Assembly (NCBI GenBank): GCA_001606155.1
Contig: LODT01000028.1
Coordinates: forward strand, 342,735 to 406,734
Direction: 5' to 3'
Length of the DNA: 64,000 nt
Source of the DNA: Tieghemostelium lacteum
Lineage: Eukaryota
Under the pieces are notes generated by a model. The model made no database searches, was not told the origin of the DNA, and saw only the letters and a list, made by a program, of their open reading frames with translations. The translations under genes and the position numbers were made by a program. This document shows positions 34,840 through 47,775 of the stretch, piece after piece; the stretch's first letter is position 1, and each line of letters begins with the position of its first letter.

Positions 34840-36462
34840 ATGGTGCTGCACAATAGAATGTTAAAGTTACCTGATAATGTCATAAAACATTTAATAGAGG
34901 TTATGATTGGATCTTATAATCATTATTTGGAAACACATCATTCTCCACTTAAAAAGATGAATTGGGTTATATTCCAATTTACAATGGTCTGCCAGAGATG
35001 GATGGATAGAGTAATACCAACTGTACATGTTAATACTACACTGTATATTACCAACAATTCAGTGTTTACTAGATTTGTTAGATGGGTTGGATTAGGAATT
35101 AAGTTTAGAGAGGTTTCATTAGATAGTGCAGTGTTAATGAACCCTAATAGTGATGTTCGATTGGTACTTATGTCTAGGCCACATGTCAGAAATGCAATTT
35201 CCAGAATGAATATTTCCCGTTTACAAAGTTTGAATAATCCAATACAATTTGAAAATATTAAGTCCCTATGTGTTAAGGACACTTTTCGAGATTTCAAAGA
35301 TGCATTATTAAGCGACATGTTTCCAAATGTTGATCTACTTACATCAATTGAATTTAAAAGTGTAAAAAATTATCAAAATTCAACGAATGAAAATGAAATT
35401 GAATGGTTAAATCAAGTTTGTAACAAGTTTATCAATATTGATGATATTGGTATCTTTGTTAATAAACAGGATCATAGGGTGACTGCGTATCTACCGTCAT
35501 ACCCTAATATCATTCAGAAACTAAAGAGAATGCATTTGATGTTGAATTGTATACCTATCAATCATCTAATATCGATATTAACACATCCATTCAGTTGTAT
35601 CAATACATTGAAACTTCACAAAACCAAGGAAAGAACTAGTGATATTAATAATAATAGTGTATCTCTATTTTATATATTTTCAAACCATCATTCATTAACA
35701 TCACTGTCGCTACACTTTAGTGCTGAAGACCTCCATCTCCAACATCTCAACCAACTTCTAAATAACCAAAACCTAACAATACTAAAACTAAAATATAACA
35801 AATTAATATCAGATAACTCAACTCTTCCAACCAATAATAACAATATTCGAATTCTAACTTTGAATTTCAAAGAAATATCTTTTGTTGACATTACCAATAT
35901 TTGTAATTCACTTCCTAATCTAAATTCATTGAAAATTTCTATATATGGTATGACAATTACCCAATCATCTATACAATTATTCCAACCTAAAAATGAACAA
36001 ATTTACCTTGAATTGGTAGTAAAATATCAACATGATATAATAGAATATCTAGCAGACACCAAATATCCATTACATAGAATAGTCAATCATTTAGTTATAA
36101 AACAAGAATACAACAACAACAAAATAATCAGTCCTCAATTTATTAAACAATTTAATCAACACTTAGATGAAATGGTGCGTCTGGAAACACTTTATCTTTC
36201 ACTACCATTCAAAAGTGAAATAATGTTAAAAATTGTAAATAGTAAAATCAAACATTTGATTCTTTCAGAAAAGACTCTAGGCGTTTCACATTGTTCAGAG
36301 GTTCCTAATGAATTAATAGAAAACTCTACAAATCTAATAACACTTGAATTTAATTCTCCAATTCAATTAATTTTTATTCCAGAACAATCTTCATCTTTAT
36401 TTCACAAAAATTCTGCATTACAAAGGATTTACAGTTCTGTTTATTATTCTATCTATAAATAA
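34840..36462 (+). CDS. F-box-like/LRR-like family protein, cluster member G (~540 aa from the internal Met)
   Basis: MVLHNRMLKLPDNVIKHLIEVMIG...FTMVCQRWMDRVIPTVHV, LTHPFSCINTLKLHK, HHSLTSLSLHF, NSLPNLNSLKISI. The track ORF begins 30 nt upstream at 34810. Confidence 0.55.
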   Translation: MVLHNRMLKLPDNVIKHLIEVMIGSYNHYLETHHSPLKKMNWVIFQFTMVCQRWMDRVIPTVHVNTTLYITNNSVFTRFVRWVGLGIKFREVSLDSAVLMNPNSDVRLVLMSRPHVRNAISRMNISRLQSLNNPIQFENIKSLCVKDTFRDFKDALLSDMFPNVDLLTSIEFKSVKNYQNSTNENEIEWLNQVCNKFINIDDIGIFVNKQDHRVTAYLPSYPNIIQKLKRMHLMLNCIPINHLISILTHPFSCINTLKLHKTKERTSDINNNSVSLFYIFSNHHSLTSLSLHFSAEDLHLQHLNQLLNNQNLTILKLKYNKLISDNSTLPTNNNNIRILTLNFKEISFVDITNICNSLPNLNSLKISIYGMTITQSSIQLFQPKNEQIYLELVVKYQHDIIEYLADTKYPLHRIVNHLVIKQEYNNNKIISPQFIKQFNQHLDEMVRLETLYLSLPFKSEIMLKIVNSKIKHLILSEKTLGVSHCSEVPNELIENSTNLITLEFNSPIQLIFIPEQSSSLFHKNSALQRIYSSVYYSIYK

Positions 36463-36712
36463 AATTTTTACTTTGTAATCCACCACCATTGTTGAAACTT
36501 CTTCACCAAGTTCACTTATTACTTTTTTTTTTTTTTTTTTTTTTTTTAACTAAATTATTTGTTTAAATCTCAAATTATAACTTAAGTTATATCTCTTCAA
36601 CTATCAGATTTCAAATCTTCATTTCTCTCTCTAAATCTCCAACATATCATTTCTTTAACTAAAAATTAACCAATCTTTATTAAAAATCACTTGAACATAT
36701 TTTATTAAAATC

Positions 36713-37251
36713 ATGTACTCAACAATCTTAAGTTTAACTGGATTCACTGCTGTCAACAGAGAAATGGAAAACAATATCCAAACTACTGGTTCGGCTTATG
36801 GATGTGAAACTAGTAATTTAGAATACAAAATGAAAATTATTTCAGTTCAACTACTTAAAGAATTTTGTAGTAGCAATGATAACATACATTCATGTAAAGA
36901 CAGAAGAATTAAAGTTATGTATGATTATCTAAAAAATCTCAAAGAAGAGTTACCCCAAGTAATAGAAAAATTAAAATATGAAAAAAAGATTGCTGAAGAA
37001 AGAGAGAAAGAGAAAGATAAACAAATATGTGCTTTACTGGTGGCTCTAAATAGAAAAGATAAAGAGTTACTTGATATGGCTAAGAAGAGCCATGTTGTTC
37101 CCTCCACTGCCAACAAGTCTTGTAAAGGTCCAGAAGTGACCGTAAAAACTCAAGTAGCATCCAAAGAATCCCCTCCAGAGAGAACATCATCATCTCCATC
37201 TTCATCCTCATCTTCTGCCACATATTCATCATCATCATCAACATCATCATT

Positions 37252-37305
<54 letters not shown>

Positions 37306-37705
37306 TGCTACAACTGAAATATCTACAAGTTCAGTTAGTACCTCAACAGCATCAAACGCCAATATTGCTGTTGAAAATGTTGGAGAGCAACAACCCCCAA
37401 GCTCTGAAATTAATAGTATGGGTTCAATTGAACAAAATTTAGTTCAACAAACTCAAGTAACTTTACAAGTTACTCTACAACAACAGCAGCTGAATCCAAC
37501 CGAGTCTGATCTCGCTAAAATTGATCATATTCAAGATATTCATATGAGTAGTGGTTCAAAAAGAGCCATATTAATTTTACAACAAATGGTTAAACCTAGA
37601 TTTAACATTTTAGGATCAATCTATAGCGATAGATCCTACAGAGAAAATCAATTCCAGGTTTTCAATCAAGCTCTCCAACATCAACAGCAACAGCAACAAC
37701 CATAA
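36713..37705 (+). CDS. Ser-rich low-complexity protein of unknown function
   Basis: 330-aa ORF with an internal run of more than 40 Ser encoded by (TCA)n, a coiled-coil-like KEELPQVIEKLKYEKKIAEEREKEKDK, and a Q-rich C-terminus. The real start may be the internal MENNIQ. Confidence 0.4.
37226..37306. repeat. (TCA)n/(ATC)n microsatellite, ~27 units
   Basis: It encodes poly-Ser in the 36713-37705 gene. The poly-Met and poly-Asp ORFs 37080-37362 on the other strand are artefacts of this repeat. Confidence 0.95.
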
Positions 37706-38899
37706 CAAAAAAAGAGTTTATCGATTGGATTACAGAGATTAAGAAATAATTTCTACTCTATATTTGACCATAGTGACCATTCTCACAAATAGGTATTGTC
37801 GGTAGGGATATTTTTCCAGACTTCCAACAAAATCAAGAACTATTTCAATATATTTATAACATTTCTAGGATTCAAATTAATAAGGTTTATATTACTACTA
37901 ATACAATTTGTAATATCAATTTACTATTAAAATTGTCATTTGGTTTAGTAAAATATACTTATATTAAACGTACGTTTTAGACAATATTGATAAAAAGTAA
38001 TTAACTATTCCATAATAGGTTAGAATATTGATACCTTTTGAAGAGGTATTTTCAGATTCTGGGTTAATCTTTTAGATCTTTAGAGCGTCTTTAGTACTTC
38101 TTAATTGGAAATATTTGTTATCCAACTATTGTGGTAAAGTCTATAGAACTTTGAACAACTATTTTATATATACTAAATCAAAAAATCTTATATAATTTAA
38201 TTAATTTGAACTTATATCCCGATTACAATAAAATTTAATATTATAAACTCTTTATATTAATATTGTCCTTTTTATCAATCATGCTTTATGAGAGTCGTTC
38301 GGCAAAAAAAAAATAAAAAGATTTTGGAGTAAATTTTTAAAATTTTAAATGAGTTTTTTTTTATTTGATGTTCAATATCCTCATGAAGGAATTTCTATTA
38401 ATATTAGTAGGATCAGATAGAAAGGGTTGGTGAATCATCATTTTAGTGAAATTGAATTTTCAGACTAAAGTAGATATGATGATAACAGTTCCTTGTCATT
38501 GGAATCCCAAGGACCATATAATGAAAGTATCCTTTGTATAATAGTGTTGGATAATAGTATAAGTGCTACATGGGGTTCCAGTTTTAAAATCCTGAGAATC
38601 TGGAAATAGCAAATGAATATTCAAAGTGCGATATTTACCTGAACAACAAACTCCAATTGGAGAATGCTTACTGAATTCAGTTTGATTATGGTATATTTAT
38701 ATGTACAATATTCTTAAATGGGTTGATGTGAGAATCTATTTATTTGCCAATGATTTTATAATTGACAAAAGTTCTTTTCTTTGTTGTTAAATTGTTTAAA
38801 ATTTCATTTTCAAAATCAATGTTACTTAATAGGTATACTGTGTCTTTACTTTTTATGCTTTAAATAATAATTTTAAGATATTAATATATGATATAACTA

Positions 38900-39600
38900 A
38901 TTAATATTTAGATTTTTAATTGGATTGTGAATTGGTGACAATAACATATCAACATTAACTTTATAAAGATCATAACATTCGAAGTTAAATGTAGTGGTTT
39001 GGTGTCTAGATAGAATACTTAAAATTAAATCCTTTATGACATCAAAATCAGCAGAAATGGATCGAGCAACGTATATGGAAATGGAGATATTCTATAATGT
39101 CTTATTTGATTGGAAAGAGTTTAACAACAATTTTAAAGATTCAACGTTATAACAGAGTGTTTGGAGATTCAACAATTTGAGTGATTGGTAATTACATTGA
39201 ACAATTTCTGAAGCATTCTCTGTAGGGATATAGTTAATCACCAGATTAGTGAGATTTAATCTATTTTGTCCCAAAAGTAATTCTTTAAACATAATAGCAT
39301 GTGCAGAGTACTTAAATTTAATAGATAGTTGAATTGTTGGAATATCATATAGATATTTTAGAGAGCTAGAATCTAAGGTATTTTAATGCCTTACATTCAG
39401 TGAACAGTGAATAATTTTAGTTTAAGTTTTTTCAGTGATTGGAAACAGTTGAGAAACATTGGTAAACTCACTATATAATCTTCTTTATCATACCAAATAA
39501 GATTTAATTTACATATACATTTGGGAATAGATATCTACATCTCTTTAATATAATCTCCTAAATTAAATGATGATTTTCTTGATGGTATTGTTGCAATTTC
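38900..39600 (-). pseudogene. Decayed 3' fragment of an F-box-like/LRR-like paralogue related to the window-start gene
   Basis: The minus strand carries the LRR-like ORF MFKELLLGQNRLNLTNLVINYIPTENASEIVQCNYQSLKLLNLQTLCYNVESLKLLLNSF (39092-39292) and other frame-shifted pieces (KEDYIVSLPMFLNCFQSLKKLKLKLFTVH). 39375-39412 is identical to window nt 1-38, which is coding sequence ...SLFTECKALKY in the intact gene. Here the frame breaks immediately after it (LRF*), and no intact 5' half is present. Confidence 0.3.
39375..39412. repeat. 38-bp exact repeat, copy 2
   Basis: Identical to window nt 1-38. It sits inside the decayed paralogue fragment, and identity stops at position 39. Confidence 0.9.
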
Positions 39601-40455
39601 TTTATTTTTATATTTATCACTACTGAAATAACCTGTTAACAGTATCATCTAATTTTACAAATGATTCTGATAATCTCTGAAATTCTGAATTGATCAATGA
39701 TAATGATAATTTATATCCAATTGGTAACCAATAACTATTTAATATATAATCTACAATAAGAAATAAACATATATATATATAAATATTTGGTAATATTGCC
39801 ATTATTCCTCTTTTACTTGCATCTTGAGTGATATCAAGCTCTTTATTTGAGTAAAATTATCCTACTACACAAATGAAAGTGTAAACATGAATAAATCGAT
39901 AAATTCAATTTATTTGATAGCACCTCAATTAGCATTAATATTTTTTATACTATATCTCCTTTTTCCCTATTTAGTATAGATTAAATATTAATCTTTACTA
40001 AATTCATATTTTAATAGAACAAATTACAGCAACAAGAGAATAGATATAGAATTATAATAAAAGATATATATATATATTAAAAGATTTAGAATTATAATTA
40101 GATACTCATCAGCTGTGTATAGCACACCTTTAGGGCATCCAATGCCAAATAGTTGTTTAATTAATTTGATGGAGTTGGTATGTCATCAAGAGATGGTAGA
40201 TAAAATAGTAGTAGTTGTGGTAATAGCAGCAGTAACTCAAGTGATTATCACCAATATTTCAACCATCATCTCAACAAAAAATCACAGCCGCTATACCAAT
40301 AACAACAATCCCTACAACCACAACGCCACCACAGAATATAATAGATATTTATTAACTATAAATCAACAAGATATATTATATATCTTTGTTACTGTTTCGT
40401 CAATTGTGGGTTGATAAATTCTATTAGGAAAAGTGTGAGGTCATACATGTATTAA

Positions 40456-41974
<1,519 letters not shown>

Positions 41975-42467
41975 ATTGCCTAAAATTTTGTTTAATTATA
42001 ATTATAATTCTTTGCCTAAAGGGATGAAATTAAAGAATTAAATATGGCTTAGAAATATCTGAATAAAAATTTTTTTTATTTCATAAAGCCTTATGAAAAT
42101 CTACACCCATTTTGCCAAACAAAAAGATAAAGTTGAAAAAGACGAAAAGGAACATCAGATCCAAAATATCATATTGTAAAGATAATTTGTTTTTTTCAGT
42201 ACTCAAATAAATGATCTCAAGATTCTCTTGACTGAGTTGAAGACTCCATTGTATTTTTGATGACAGTTTCTTTTTGTTTTTTTTCTATAGTATGTGAGGT
42301 TGGAGAAAGAGCTATGGAACCAAATAATACTTTACGGAGCTGTTCTGAACTGGTTGGAATTTTATAATCTTCACTTATAATATGCAAAAGACAATTAAGA
42401 AAGTGTTGACAATTCCAAAAGTCTTTTTATAAGTTCCTATAGTAATATAAGAAAACTAGACTCTAAT

Positions 42468-42677
42468 TTACCGAAGTGATGGATCAAAACATTTCCAATA
42501 TTGTATCTCAATAGGATTGAATTTAGTTGTTCCAAGTTGGAATACAACTTTGTCTGAAAGATCAAATCCATTAACTGAAATAGTTTGGCATGCAAAAGAA
42601 GTTGGTTTCCTTATTATCTTGCCCTGGATAAATATTAAATGTATAATGAATGATTGTGAGAATGGCCTATGGAGCAA
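42468..42677 (-). CDS. Candidate internal exon of a small unidentified gene
   Basis: Open frame GKIIRKPTSFACQTISVNGFDLSDKVVFQLGTTKFNPIEIQYWKCFDPSLR, preceded by TTATCCAG and followed by a GTAAAT donor. The M in the track is TTG. No ATG exon was found. Its 5' region would overlap the cyclin-L-like gene promoter on the other strand. Confidence 0.2.
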   Translation of the reverse strand: MLHRPFSQSFIIHLIFIQGKIIRKPTSFACQTISVNGFDLSDKVVFQLGTTKFNPIEIQYWKCFDPSLR

Positions 42678-42828
42678 GAACTGTTTCTGAAGGAGAAAAA
42701 CAAACCCCTTCTACATGAGCCATGACAACAGGTCTTCATTTATTAGATCAGGAGGCAAAGACATTGTTACGATTTTAGTTTTTAATATAGTCAATAGTTT
42801 TATAATTTTTTTTTTAATTTTTATTTTA

Positions 42829-43643
42829 ATGAATTGCAATCTATACTTCACAACTGATGAAATTAAAAATTCAACATCTAGGAAAGATGGTATCTCTGTT
42901 GAGATTGAAGATAATTTGAGAAGATATGGTGCTGAGATAATACAGGAAGGAGGAATTTTATTACAAATGTAAGTGAGACATGTAGGTAAACTACATTTTG
43001 AAAACAGAGTTGTCTAATACATATGAAAAGTCCACAAGCAACTATAGCATCAGCACAGATTATATTTCATAGATTCTATTGTAGGAACTCATTTAAGAAA
43101 TATGAATTAAAGAACATTGCAATGGGATCACTGTTTATCTATTGTAAATATACAACCATTCATAGAAAGATTAGAGATTTTCTAAATGTATTTACTTATC
43201 TATGGCAGAGGAGAGATGGTGTATCGATAGAGAATATAGATTATTTGGATACAACTAAACAACACTATTGGGATTTAAAGGGTGATGTTATGACTGCTGA
43301 ATATGAGATATTGAGGGAATTTGGGTTCCTTCTAACTGTTGACCTTCCACATAAATACATTCTAAATTACATGAAACTTTTAGATCAATCACAAGGTGAA
43401 TTGGCTCAGAAATCTTGGAATTATATAAATGACAGTATGAGAACAACACTAGCATGTCAATATAAACCAGAGGCAATAGCAGCATCTGCAATCTTTTTAG
43501 CCTCAAGAATACTAAAGAAATCTCTACCTGAGGAACCATATCCATGGTGGGAGATATTCGATGTTTCAAAAAATGGTAATGTATTCATAAACACAACCGT
43601 TACGGATTTAAAGTATTTAATTACAAAGATCTTTACATACTAA
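42829..43643 (+). CDS. Cyclin L/K-like cyclin-box protein; join(42829..42968,43031..43643)
   Basis: Exon 1 is MNCNLYFTTDEIKNSTSRKDGISVEIEDNLRRYGAEIIQEGGILLQ, donor GTAAGT, phase 2. A 62-nt intron ends ...GAAAAG. Exon 2 is IPQATIASAQIIFHRFYCRNSFKKYELKNIAMGSLFIYCKYTT...RDFLNVF...AIAASAIFLASRIL. The junction recreates the LLQLPQxAxxTAxVFFHRFY motif of the transcription-cyclin family. The track ORF start at 42715 is probably 5' UTR read-through. Confidence 0.55.
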
Positions 43644-43882
43644 TAATAATTTATTATTAATATAAATATTTAAATATTAAATATATATAAATTGCTTTTT
43701 ACACAGAAATTGAGAGTATATCAATTGAAATGAATAAACTCTATTCAAAACCAAAACCTTATTATATAAATTTAATTATTGACAATAATAATGGTAATGA
43801 ACTTTCAAATTCCTAAATAAAATAGTTTGATTATAGAGTGATAAAGGTTGTAGTATATATAGTATTCTAAACTAATACTATT

Positions 43883-46033
43883 CTATCTGTTTTTTTGTGA
43901 TAGTATATTTTTAACCATTCTAAATAGGACATTATTTCCATTGCTGTTGCTGTTGTGAATGTTATTGCTACTGCTGCTAATACTACTACTAATACTATTA
44001 CTATTACTGTTACTATTGAATATAGGTAATGGATGATTATTTAATGATAAACTAGCTGGAATATCATTTGATACATTATGAATGAGTGATGAGGTGTTGG
44101 AAGATGACGATGGTAAATTTAGTGAACTGATAGCAGATGGTGTTAGATTATTAATTAGATTGGATGTTGCATTTGATGTGGCGTTAGATAGTGATGGTAA
44201 TGAGGTGGTTGGTGAAATTAGGGATGTTGTTGAAAGTGTTGAGGAGCTGGGTACAAATGAACCAGTTGATACAATATTACTTAGAGAAGATGATGAAGCA
44301 GGTACTGGATTAATACTAGATGTAGATGTTGGAATAACTGAATTCAACATGGTATTCATTGATGATATGGTATTGTTAGTTAGATTGTTATTGGAACCAC
44401 CATCACCTGTGGAGGCACCTTGTAATATAGCTTTCATAATATCAGGTGCTCTTATATTAGATGGTGTTTCAGAGGTACTATTTACAATCTGATTAGACAG
44501 ACCATTTACCACTCCATTTGTTGTACTCATTCTCTTTTTAAATAGTCTTGATAGTATACCTTGTTGACTAGTGTTAATATTATTGTTGTTATTCAGGTTA
44601 TTAGATTTACTTAAAAATGATGTTGATGTTGAATTGCCAGTTGAGTTGGTACTAGGTAAGATATTCTTTAATTTACTACTAATTGGTAAAGTTTTTTGTG
44701 TGGTTGGGGGTATTTTGTTATTTTTTGCTAGACGATTTGCGAGGATTTTCTGTACGAGTTTCCACAGGAAATGTGCTATTATAGGCCATAGGATAATTAT
44801 TACTGTAATGATAGCAACTCTCTTCCAAGTGGATGGTGATGATCTGATGAAATTGTAACCTCTATTAATTAGTATTGCAATCTTTGTCGGCAATGAATTA
44901 CTATTAGGGTTAGAGACTTTAATTAAAATGTATTGTTCTTGTTTTTCAGTTTGTTGGTGAAGATGAGGTTGAGAATGTTCATTATCATTATCAGCAGAGT
45001 TACTACTATAGAATTCATTTAACATAGGTTCACTGTTAAAGTTATGGTCAACACTACTATTGTTACTACTGTTACTAGTGTTAATTTGGTTACCATCTGT
45101 AATCGACTGTTGCTGAGGGAATCTATTGAGAACGGACATGGTGAGTTTATTCAATTCCAAATCCCAAATCTTTTCTCTTTGTGATAGTATACTATCGTAC
45201 TGTTTCTGTTTTTCAATGAGTCTATGGATTTCAGAGATGGCATTAGAGAGTAACATGTCATTATTCAGTTTTTGTGTGGAACCACCTCCACCGCTGATTG
45301 GTACCTGTGGATAAGAAGACAATGGTGAATTGGATAACGGTGAATTGGAACTAGTAGAAGATGACAAAAACCCCTCTTCCATAGTATCATTAAATATAGT
45401 TGAAGAACGACCTGGTGTATTAGGTGATGATCTTATAGACTTTTCATTACCAATACCTTTTTCCAAAGTCACCAATCTTGACAATAGAGATTGCGAAAGA
45501 TTTTTAAATTGAAAAATCTCTGTTTTCAACACATTCAAACACACTATCAAATCCTCTTTGGATGCAACTGTCAAAAATCCCAAATCTGAATTTGCATCAA
45601 AGTATTCGCCTCCTCCTGTCTTCTTTTGTCCATTTCCATGACTATTTATCTGTTGTTTCCCATTACTATTTTGTTTTAATTTTAAATTTAATTGTCTTGT
45701 AAAAACTTCATTTTCATCTGCTGAATAATCCAAAGGATCAGATAGGAAATATCCACTTTCATTCATTAAATGAGGCTGTTGTTGTTGTTGTTGAGTTTGT
45801 TGATATTGTTTAGGGGATTGGTAAGGTTGAAATAGAGGAGATATATTATTAGGTGTATTATCATAGCTAAACATTACATTATTGGTTTGTTGTTGCTGTT
45901 GTTGCTGTTGTTTATAAGGATATTTCTTTTTATTGTGACTGTTGTTGTAATTGTTATTTACATTACTAATATTTATAGGTGGACTACTAGGTACCAGTAT
46001 ATTTTCAAAAGTAGGTATAGGTGAATGATTCAT
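43883..46033 (-). CDS. Asn/Ser/Gln-rich low-complexity protein with one predicted transmembrane helix
   Basis: 716-aa ORF. The hydrophobic segment WKRVAIITVIIILWPIIAHFLWKLV is flanked by N/S/T homopolymer runs and a coiled-coil-like LSRLVTLEKGIGNEK. No recognisable domain. Overlapping plus-strand ORFs are antisense artefacts of the low-complexity codons. Confidence 0.4.
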   Translation of the reverse strand: MNHSPIPTFENILVPSSPPINISNVNNNYNNSHNKKKYPYKQQQQQQQQTNNVMFSYDNTPNNISPLFQPYQSPKQYQQTQQQQQQPHLMNESGYFLSDPLDYSADENEVFTRQLNLKLKQNSNGKQQINSHGNGQKKTGGGEYFDANSDLGFLTVASKEDLIVCLNVLKTEIFQFKNLSQSLLSRLVTLEKGIGNEKSIRSSPNTPGRSSTIFNDTMEEGFLSSSTSSNSPLSNSPLSSYPQVPISGGGGSTQKLNNDMLLSNAISEIHRLIEKQKQYDSILSQREKIWDLELNKLTMSVLNRFPQQQSITDGNQINTSNSSNNSSVDHNFNSEPMLNEFYSSNSADNDNEHSQPHLHQQTEKQEQYILIKVSNPNSNSLPTKIAILINRGYNFIRSSPSTWKRVAIITVIIILWPIIAHFLWKLVQKILANRLAKNNKIPPTTQKTLPISSKLKNILPSTNSTGNSTSTSFLSKSNNLNNNNNINTSQQGILSRLFKKRMSTTNGVVNGLSNQIVNSTSETPSNIRAPDIMKAILQGASTGDGGSNNNLTNNTISSMNTMLNSVIPTSTSSINPVPASSSSLSNIVSTGSFVPSSSTLSTTSLISPTTSLPSLSNATSNATSNLINNLTPSAISSLNLPSSSSNTSSLIHNVSNDIPASLSLNNHPLPIFNSNSNSNSISSSISSSSNNIHNSNSNGNNVLFRMVKNILSQKNR

Positions 46034-46352
46034 TATATTAATTAAATTTATAATATAAAATAATCATAGATATTAAAATAGGATAGGAATATTAAAAATT
46101 ATATACAAAGGTTTATATATATAAACACAAAGATTAGTTGTTGTTTGGGAATTGAGAAAAAAAGATTTTTAAAAATATAAAAAATTTAAAAATTAAACTT
46201 ATCTAAGATGAGTTATAGTGGTGTGGATTTTGTGGGGTAATTAAAAATTGATCAATGAAATATATTTTTTTATCACTATGATAAAGATTTTCATATTGTG
46301 AATAAGAAGGAGGGGTAAAGGATTACAAAAATAATTCAACCCCTCTCAAAAG

Positions 46353-47244
46353 ATGAGTTCAATTAAAAAAATTTTTAATTTTTATTTATCGAATCATCTC
46401 AAGACACATGTGTTGTTGAATATGTTTTGTAAAGATGTAATTGAATATCAAAAAATTGTAATTTTCTTACGAGATTGTCATGTTTTATTAAATTTAACTG
46501 TAGTTGATAATTTCAATACAGTGGTACTCTATCAACGATACATCAAGTCACTGAAAGGCCAAACCAGCGAAATTAATAATCTGGTAGGTTTTTTTGTATG
46601 ATAGATATTTAAATTGAATACAGTGTTATAACACTATATAATCTACCATTGTATATGGTTTATATGTATATTTTTAGTTTATATCAATGTGTTGTATTAT
46701 TATAAGCAATAAGATAACATGTAGGGATCCAGTTAGAGTCAGAGATGTTATCAATGTCAGTTATCTATTGTTAACTGGAAAGAAAATGAAATTGGATTCT
46801 ACATATTATAAATTTAAAGACTCAATCATTGCAATTGAACAACATGTTCTCCGACAATTACTTTATAATGTTGGACCACCTCAAGAGGTATTACCTCACA
46901 GTTACCTATTGAATATTCTGCATTTTATGGAGATTGATAGAACATCTGTAATTGGACAATGTTCCATGAATCTTATAAATGACAGTCTATTGATACCTGA
47001 TGTTTTGCAAAAATATGGTTTCTGTGAGTTGGCATTTTACTGTTGGGTATTGTCTTTTGAAATTAGTGAACAGAATTTACCGTTGCCTTTTGATACCTGT
47101 TCGAAATTAATTGGTGTACCATTATTACGCAATATCAATAATAACAATAATAATAACCACTCCACAACTACAAGCAGTGCAACAACTACGTCAACAATAT
47201 TCGATGGTAAGTTACTAAAGAAATTTCAATTAAATTGCATATGA
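46353..47244 (+). CDS. Cyclin-box-like protein of unknown specificity; join(46353..46583,46678..47244)
   Basis: Two track ORFs join in phase 0 through a 94-nt intron (GTAGGT...TTTTTAG). The product ...IFLRDCHVLLNLTVVDNFNTVVLYQRYIK.../FISMCCIIISNKITCRDPVRVRDVINVSYLLLTGKK...LPHSYLLNILHFMEIDRTSVIGQCSMNLINDSLL has the helix spacing of a cyclin fold (A-x-C-L-xx-SK-x-E-xx-R-x-RDV). This is a weak call. Confidence 0.35.
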
Positions 47245-47775
47245 AATTCTAATAATTAAAATTCAAAAAAGAATTTAAAAATGAAATTAAAATAATATTA
47301 AATTATTATAATAATGGGACTGGCAACAAAAATCAAGTTGCACAACAGGACAATTTTGAAAAACTTATCAAAGATCTCTTGAATAGAGGGCACTAATATG
47401 CAGGATGCGCACTCAAAATATTGAAACTTTCAGATCTCTTGGTAACCGACACTACCTCAGTCCTATCTTTATCAAGTTGTAGGTTTCTTTTCCTTGAAAT
47501 TTTGTCCAATTTAGGAAAAATGAAAAAAAAAAATATCAGAAACAAAAATCAAAAAAATTCAGTTTAAAACATTTTTTTTAAATTAAATCTTGGAAAATAC
47601 ACAATCTATAAATTTCAAGATTTGAATCCAAATTCCATTTTCATTTCAGGATTTTTAATTTAATAATATTATATAGTTTTTACATAAAACCCTACTTTTA
47701 TGTTTATTTATCTACATACATCTTATAACAATAATTTACAACTAAACTATATAATTAACAATTATCATTTTTATC

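Noticed and set aside
37080-37362. Poly-Met and poly-Asp ORFs on the minus strand
   Set aside because: Reverse-complement reading of the (TCA)n poly-Ser microsatellite of the plus-strand gene.
42715-42828. Upstream extension of the cyclin-L-like ORF (MSHDNRSSFIRSGGKDIVTILVFNIV...)
   Set aside because: Hydrophobic AT-rich translation typical of non-coding leader. The family alignment begins near the internal Met at 42829.
44082-45512. Four plus-strand ORFs of 60-136 aa
   Set aside because: Antisense to the Asn/Ser-rich gene 43883-46033. Homopolymeric codon runs suppress stops on both strands.
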